A stretch of 64,000 nucleotides of DNA from positions 27,776,001-27,840,000 of the forward strand of contig OZ024746.1 in assembly GCA_964016885.1 (NCBI GenBank), in the 5' to 3' direction. The first letter of the stretch is position 1; every line of letters begins with the position of its first letter. A program made the translations under genes and the position numbers. Below, piece after piece: positions 57,025-64,000 of this stretch. The notes beneath the pieces were generated by a model. The model made no database searches and was not told where the DNA came from. It saw only the letters and a program-made list of their open reading frames with translations. The stretch comes from Eledone cirrhosa. Taxonomy: Eukaryota.

Positions 57025-57872
57025 GTTCTTAAGTAAATTATAATTGTTTCTACTTTAGGCACAAGGCCAGCAATTACCCAGTGCATTATTGGCACTTTAT
57101 TTTATCGACCCCGTAAGAATGAAAGGCAAAGTCAACCTCGGCAGGATTTGAACTCAGATCATAAAGGGACGTAACTATGCTGGAAAGCATGGCGTCCGAC
57201 CCTCTACCGATACTGCCAATCCACCACCCTTGTTCTTAAGTAAATTATAATTGTTTCTACTTTAGGCACAAGGCCAGCAATTACCCAGTACATTATTGGT
57301 ACTTTATTTTATCGACCCCGTAAGGATGAAAGGCAAAGTCAACCTCGGCGGGATTTGAACTCAGATCATAAAGGGACGTAGCTATGCTGGAAAGCATGGC
57401 GTCCGACCCTCTACCGATACTGCCAATCCACCACCCTTGTTCTTAAGTAAATTATAATTGTTTCTACTTTAGGCACAAGGCCAGCAATTACCCAGTGCAT
57501 TACTGGTACTTTATTTTATCGACCCCGTAAGGATGAAAGGCAAAGTCAACCTTGGCGGGATTTGAACTCAGATCATAAAGGGACGTAACTATGCTGGAAA
57601 GCATGGCGTCCGACCCTCTACCGATACTGCCAATCCACCACCATGGTTCTTAAGTAAATTATAATTGTTTCTACTTTAGGCACAAGGCCAGCAATTACCC
57701 AGTGCATTACTGGTACTTTATTTTATCGACCCCGTAAGGATGAAAGGCAAAGTCAACCTTGGCGGGATTTGAACTCAGATCATAAAGGGACGTAACTATG
57801 CTGGAAAGCATGGCGTCTGACCCTCTACCGATACTGCCAATCCACCACCCTTGTTCTTAAGTAAATTATAAT
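57025..57872 (-). repeat. Tandem array of four full-length SINEs separated by a 20-bp TSD (period 207 bp)
   Basis: GTTCTTAAGTAAATTATAAT starts at 57025, 57232, 57439, 57646 and 57853. Confidence 0.95.
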
Positions 57873-58104
57873 GGAAGCTTTTTACATATTAAATAATTCT
57901 TTACAATAAACATCTCAGAGTCAGGTTTGAGAAACAGGTTTGAGGCGGTTTAATATAGAAAGAGTTAAAAACTATTTCTTCATGCGTTATAAATAAACAT
58001 GGTCGCATCAGAGATTTTATCGTACATTATGTCATCATTGATAATCAAACACGTTACATTGTCATATCCATCAGAACCACACATGTATCAGCTTAAAAAT
58101 CTCT

Positions 58105-58135
<31 letters not shown>

Positions 58136-58309
58136 CGATCAACATCATCGTCATCATCACCATCGTTACCATCACCATCATCACCATCACCGTCATCGTC
58201 ATCATCATCATCATCATCATCGTCATCATGATCATCATCATTGTCATCATCATCATCATCACCGTCGTCACCATCATCGTCATCATCATCACCATCTTCA
58301 TCATCATCG

Positions 58310-58343
<34 letters not shown>

Positions 58344-58488
58344 ATCATCATTATCATCATCATCGTCATCATCATCACAATCATCATCATCATTATCATC
58401 ATCGTCCTCATCATCATCACCATCGTCACCATCACCATCATCACCATCACCGTCATCGTCATCACCATCATCGTCATCATCATCACAG

Positions 58489-58532
<44 letters not shown>

Positions 58533-58650
58533 GCAATCATCATCAATGTCATTCTCATCGTCGTCGCCATCATAAGCAACATCATCATCATCATCATCAC
58601 CGTCATCCACCTCCTCCCCCTCCTCCTGCTCATCATCATCATCATCATAT
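58105..58650. repeat. Long degenerate (CAT)n tract
   Basis: Direct inspection. Confidence 0.95.
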
Positions 58651-59109
58651 ATCTTGTAATGTGTGTGAGTGTGCGAATGTAGATTAATATATGTGCGTGC
58701 GTGTCTATGAATGTATTATATTTTTTTATTGTGTGTGTATGCGTGTGTCAGTATGTGTGTATATGTCTTTGTGTATATGTATTTGTGTGTGTTTCTCTGT
58801 GTGTATGTGTATGTGTGTATTTGTTTTTGTGTCTCTGTATATGTATTTGTGTGTATAAGTATATGTAGATATATGTATATATGCGTATATGTATGAATAT
58901 GTATGTATATATATATATATGTATATATACGTATGTATATATATGTATATATACGTATGTATATATATGTATATATACGTATGTATATATATGTATATAT
59001 ATATGTATATATACGTATGTATCTATATGTATATATACGTATGTATATATATGTATATATATATATATATGTATATATACGTATGTATATATATATGTAT
59101 ATATACGTT

Positions 59110-59176
<67 letters not shown>

Positions 59177-59181
<5 letters not shown>

Positions 59182-59577
59182 GGACAAAATGAAAACACAC
59201 ACGCACATACAACAAACAACCAACCAGTAACATGTAAATAAACAAATAAATAAACGAATATAAACACACACAAACACCCGAATGTAACTTATGCGCAAAC
59301 TAAGCACACAACACACACACAAAAACAAGATGGCGTAGGACAGAACAAAGGAGAGGCACAAAAAACAAAGAGGTCACAGAATGTGTGACGAAACAACTTT
59401 GACAATATATAAACAATCATCTGGTTGTGGAACCAACCAACCAACCAGAAATTTATAAATTCCTAAGAATCTGGTGCGTGTGTTTCTTATTGGCAACATG
59501 ACCCTCTCAAAGTATAACAATATCGGTTTCAACACACATTTTCAGATAAAGAATCTTGCTAAACAAATTCAGAAACG

Positions 59578-59580
<3 letters not shown>
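59177..59580 (+). mobile_element. Naiad-type PLE 3' pLTR copy with deletions (hammerhead CUGA lost)
   Basis: Aligns to 63313-63874. AAGAGGTCACAGAATGTGTGACGAAACAAC lacks the upstream CTG and stem I. Confidence 0.88.
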
Positions 59581-59612
<32 letters not shown>

Positions 59613-59781
59613 ATTAAATAAATGGAAACTATATTTATAAAACCATATTTATTTCATTATATATATTTCAGGGATATCATATTAACAATATGCTATGCCT
59701 TCCTCAGACAAAATACAATATAAACAGTTTTATAGATAAATAGATTCGACAATTGTAACCCAACAATTTAAATATAACTTT

Positions 59782-59865
<84 letters not shown>

Positions 59866-60266
59866 GTATATATATATATATATATATGTATATATACGTA
59901 TGTATATATATGTATATATACGTTTGTATATATATATGTATATATACGTATGTATATATATGGATATAAAGTAGTGGCCGTACTCGAAAACGTGTTGGCA
60001 GCCACCATATATATATGTATATATACGTTTGTATATATATGTATATATACGTATGTATATATATGTATGTATATATATATGTATGTATGCGTGACCTTTA
60101 CATTACAAATGTCATTATTTCTTCCAATTAACTACCATGCTGCTATTTTCTTTCCAAATAAACTTTAAAAATTATCAATTTCCCACTTAATTTACCTTTT
60201 CGCTTTCACATACACACTCTCTCGCTTCCACACACACACACACACCCGCGCGCACACTCTCGCTTC

Positions 60267-60298
<32 letters not shown>

Positions 60299-60439
60299 GG
60301 CACACTCTCGCTTCCACACACACACATACAAACACACACACTCTCTCTCGCTCTCTCTCTCTCTTCCACACACACACATACACCCACACATCAGTCACAC
60401 ATACGTCACACATCAGTCACACATACACACATCTTCTGT

Positions 60440-60509
<70 letters not shown>

Positions 60510-61109
60510 TCCACCCACACATCTTCTGTCACACACACACACACACATTCTTCCTCCTCTCTCACACAGAGACATACACTCCCCCCCACTCTCGCACACA
60601 TATCCACACACACACTCTCTCTCTCTCTCTCTCTCTCTGTCACGCACACACATAATCTCCTCCTCTCTGACATACACTCTCCTTCCTCACTCACACACAA
60701 ACACACTTCCTCTTTCCTTACTCTCAGAAACACATTCTCTCTCCCACACACTCTCTCCTCTCCCCCTCGCTCTCACTCACCCCACCTCATTCTCCTATAC
60801 ACACTCTACCTACACCTCACATATTCACCCTCCGCTCTCTCTACTTCTACTTTGACACAATATATCGATGTGGCTATTTTCTCTTCATTCCACCAATCAA
60901 TTCATCTCCTTATCACTAGAAATACCAACGGCGTCATTTATTTCATTATTTCATTATTTAAGCTCGTTAATATGATCTTTAGCTACATTTTTAAATATTT
61001 CACTCATCATATTACTTATCAGCATTATAAGTGTCATCATCATCATCATCATCATCATCATAATTATTATTATTATATTATTATTATTGTTATTATCATT
61101 ATTATTATT

Positions 61110-61167
<58 letters not shown>

Positions 61168-62739
61168 AAGTAGTAGTAGTAGTATTGTTATTATTACTGT
61201 TATCATTTTAAACTGTTTTTTCACTATCAATATATTTGAGAGAAGATATCGTTTTAATTAAATTATACGAACGACCGATCTAAAAATTATGGAGAAAGAG
61301 AGAGAAAGAGGGAGTGAGTTAGCAGGAGAATGGGAGAGAAAGAGAGATAGGGGGTAGAGAAGCGAGTGAAATCCTGAGCGAGAAGGAGAGTGAGAGCGAG
61401 TGTAGGCGAGTGAGAAGTAAATAAAAACATTTAAATCAGTATAGTGAATATGAAGCATTGTGAGGTATGTAATAATTGATTGGTGAGGAGTTCAGAAAGC
61501 CGGTACAGAGCAGTAGAAATATATGAAGGGCAAAGAGTAACAAATACAATGAAACAAATATTTTTACCCAGTATTGTTCAACATTATATTGTGCCATCGG
61601 CTCCGATGAGGAATTGAAACTCATATCTTCCAGATACCGTGGTGTTCAATTCCTCATAGTGGCCAACGGCATCTTCTTTTTTAAGAGTCTTCAAGAGTTT
61701 TTTAAGAGTCTATTAAGTCTTCACCTTATTTTATAAGCTCTCTTGATAGCATCTCTGCACTTGAGCACTTTCTTTATACTCATATATATATATATATATA
61801 TTGTTATACTTTGGGAGGGTCATGTTGCCAATAAGAAACACACGCACCAGTTGCTTTCACTTCAATTTAATTTATTAAATATTTATAAGTTTACAAATTT
61901 ATAAATTTATAAATTTCTGGTTGGTTGGTTCGTTCCACAACCAGATAGTTGTTTATATATATATAGTCATAGTTCTTTCGTCACACACTCTGTGACCTCT
62001 TCAGTGACTGGGGATTTCTTTCTTCGTTTCTGTGCCTTTCCTTTCTTCTATCCTACGCCATTTTGTTTGTGTGTGGGTTGCGTGCTCAGTTTGCGCATGC
62101 GCCACATCCGGGTGTCTGTGTGTGTGTTTGTGTTCATTTTTCTATTTTTCTATTTATATTTTTCTATTTGTTTGTTTATTTATTTATTTATTGTTGGTTG
62201 GTTGTTTGTTCTATGTGTGTGTGTGTTTTCATTTTGTCTTGTGTGTGTTTTCAATTGTAAGTTGTTTGTTCTATGTGTGTGTGTGTTTTCATTTTGTCCT
62301 TAATTGTAAGTTGTGATGTTGCTGTTCCACTCATATTTTCTATTTAATTTTGGTTTTAATTCTTTTATGCTTACTGCCTCTGTAATTTGCCTAAACATTG
62401 CGTCTTTCTTGTGTGTGGATTCTATTTTTATTTCTATGCTCTCTAATTTACCCCTGTGTTCTATCTTAGCATGTTGGTAGAGCACAGATGATTCTTTACT
62501 ATCTTGGAGGTCTCGCCAGTGTTCATTTATTCGTTCCCCTATACTACGAGCTGTCTCACCTATGTACACTACATTTTTGTTTCTACATTGTCCTTCAGTA
62601 CATCTTATGCTATATACTACATTTCTAGTTTTACAGTTAATATGGGGGCTTATTTTACAGGTTATGCATTTCTTATCTATACATGAGGGTCTTTGGAACG
62701 GGTATGTCTTGCTAATAAGTGTTTTTACGGAGGTACCAA

Positions 62740-63316
62740 TAGAATAAACTCATGGTATGATAGCAATAAATACCAGAGTGTAATGTTCATCAATACAACC
62801 CCTAGAGGCGAACTAGCCTACAAATTTAGAAGGGCCCTAAAGAAACATAATCTCAATATTAAGATAGTAGAAAGACCTGGTACCTCCGTAAAAACACTTA
62901 TTAGCAAGATATACCCGTTCCAAAGACCCTCATGTATAGATAAGAAATGCATAACCTGTAAAATAAGCCCCCATATTAACTGTAAAACTAGAAATGTAGT
63001 ATATAGCATAAGATGTACTGAAGGACAATGTAGAAACAAAAATGTAGTGTACATAGGTGAGACAGCTCGTAGTATAGGGGAACGAATAAATGAACACTGG
63101 CGAGACCTCCAAGATAGTAAAGAATCATCTGTGCTCTACCAACATGCTAAGATAGAACACAGGGGTAAATTAGAGAGCATAGAAATAAAAATAGAATCCA
63201 CACACAAGAAAGACGCAATGTTTAGGCAAATTACAGAGGCAGTAAGCATAAAAGAATTAAAACCAAAATTAAATAGAAAATATGAGTGGAACAGCAACAT
63301 CACAACTTACAATTAA
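62740..63316 (+). CDS. 5'-truncated PLE ORF: linker plus GIY-YIG endonuclease, uninterrupted
   Basis: SWYD..SVMFINTTPRGELA..IKIVERPG..CIDKKCITC..CKTRNVVYSIRC..YIGETARSIGERINEH..RQITEAV..LNRKYEW. Confidence 0.9.
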
Positions 63317-63504
63317 GGACAAAATGAAAACACACACACACATAGAACAAACAACTTACAATTGAAAACACACACAAGACAAAATGAAAACACACACACA
63401 CATAGAACAAACAACCAACCAACAATAAATAAATAAATAAACAAACAAATAGAAAAATATAAATAGAAAAATAGAAAAATGAACACAAACACACACACAG
63501 ACAC

Positions 63505-63560
63505 CCGGATGTGGCGCATGCGCAAACTGAGCACGCAACCCACACACAAACAAAATGGCG
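63505..63560 (+). promoter_or_regulatory. Putative pLTR promoter: ETS-, NRF1- and YY1-like sites
   Basis: CCGGATGT (63505), GCGCATGCGC (63514) and CAAAATGGCG (63551). NRF1- and YY1-like motifs are retained in the diverged element at 11071 and 11133. Confidence 0.45.
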
Positions 63561-63606
63561 TAGGATAGAAGAAAGGAAAGGCACAGAAACGAAGAAAGAA
63601 ATCCCC

Positions 63607-63651
63607 AGTCACTGAAGAGGTCACAGAGTGTGTGACGAAAGAACTATGACT
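63607..63651 (+). ncRNA. Intact minimal type I hammerhead ribozyme motif (mirror copy at 61965-62009, minus)
   Basis: AGTCA-CTGAAGA-G-GTCACA gagtg TGTGAC-GAAA-GAAC-TA-TGACT. 5-bp stem I, 6-bp stem II, minimal stem III, CUA site. Confidence 0.85.
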
Positions 63652-63872
63652 ATATATATATAAACAACTATCTGGTTGTGGAACGAACCAACCAACCAGA
63701 AATTTATAAATTTATAAATTTGTAAACTTATAAATATTTAATAAATTAAATTGAAGTGAAAGCAACTGGTGCGTGTGTTTCTTATTGGCAACATGACCCT
63801 CCCAAAGTATAACAATATCGGTTTCAACACACGATTTCAGATAAAGAATCTTGCTAAACAAATTCAGAAACG

Positions 63873-63950
<78 letters not shown>

Positions 63951-64000
63951 CGAAGGAAATGTGGTAAGGAACCAGGTGGACCGTAACGCACCTACTTTGG

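Larger units (their letters stand above)
61798..63874 (+). mobile_element. 2.1-kb palindromic insertion of a Naiad-type PLE (GIY-YIG plus pLTR)
   Basis: Arms 61798-62738 and 62878-63818 (941 bp, near-identical), spacer 62739-62877 is sense coding sequence, tail 63819-63874, (TA)n on both sides. Confidence 0.95.

Noticed and set aside
57025-57872. CRISPR-like periodic array
   Set aside because: The 'spacers' are near-identical SINE copies and the 20-mer is a TSD. The context is eukaryotic and there are no cas genes.
57999-58687. His/Ile/Asp-rich long ORFs
   Set aside because: Translations of a (CAT)n microsatellite.
62693-62739. N-terminus of the 207-aa GIY-YIG ORF as a stand-alone nuclease gene
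   Set aside because: The first ~16 codons come from the antisense arm across the inversion junction and start at TTG.
62930-63874. Selenoprotein-type Naiad (UGA-Sec plus SECIS)
   Set aside because: All zinc-finger positions are normal Cys codons in both elements, and ATGACCCTCCCAAA in the 3' end does not form a SECIS stem.

Overview
AT-rich, microsatellite-saturated eukaryotic non-coding DNA. The (TA)n/(CA)n load and the SINE/LINE repertoire suggest an octopus or other cephalopod genome, which is an inference. I can identify no intact host gene; most listed ORFs are microsatellite artefacts. Recognisable content: (1) a near full-length, frameshifted Tx1/L1-clade LINE (about 13.3-19.3 kb, minus) sitting in the (ATT)n tail of a SINE; (2) Naiad-type Penelope-like elements (PLEs; RT plus C-terminal GIY-YIG), including a 2.1-kb near-perfect palindrome at 61.8-63.9 kb; (3) fragments of R4/Dong, CRE, RTE and mariner elements; (4) many tRNA-derived SINEs, including a 4x207-bp tandem array. 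The most striking pattern is a (TA)n-centred set of ribozyme-bearing retroelements. At least five unrelated families carry type I hammerhead motifs, mostly minimal. Six insertions share one architecture: (TA)n, short inverted arm lacking the tail, 5'-truncated sense arm, unique 3' tail, (TA)n. A non-coding ~445-bp hammerhead repeat looks like a retrozyme. All alignments and folds were done by eye.
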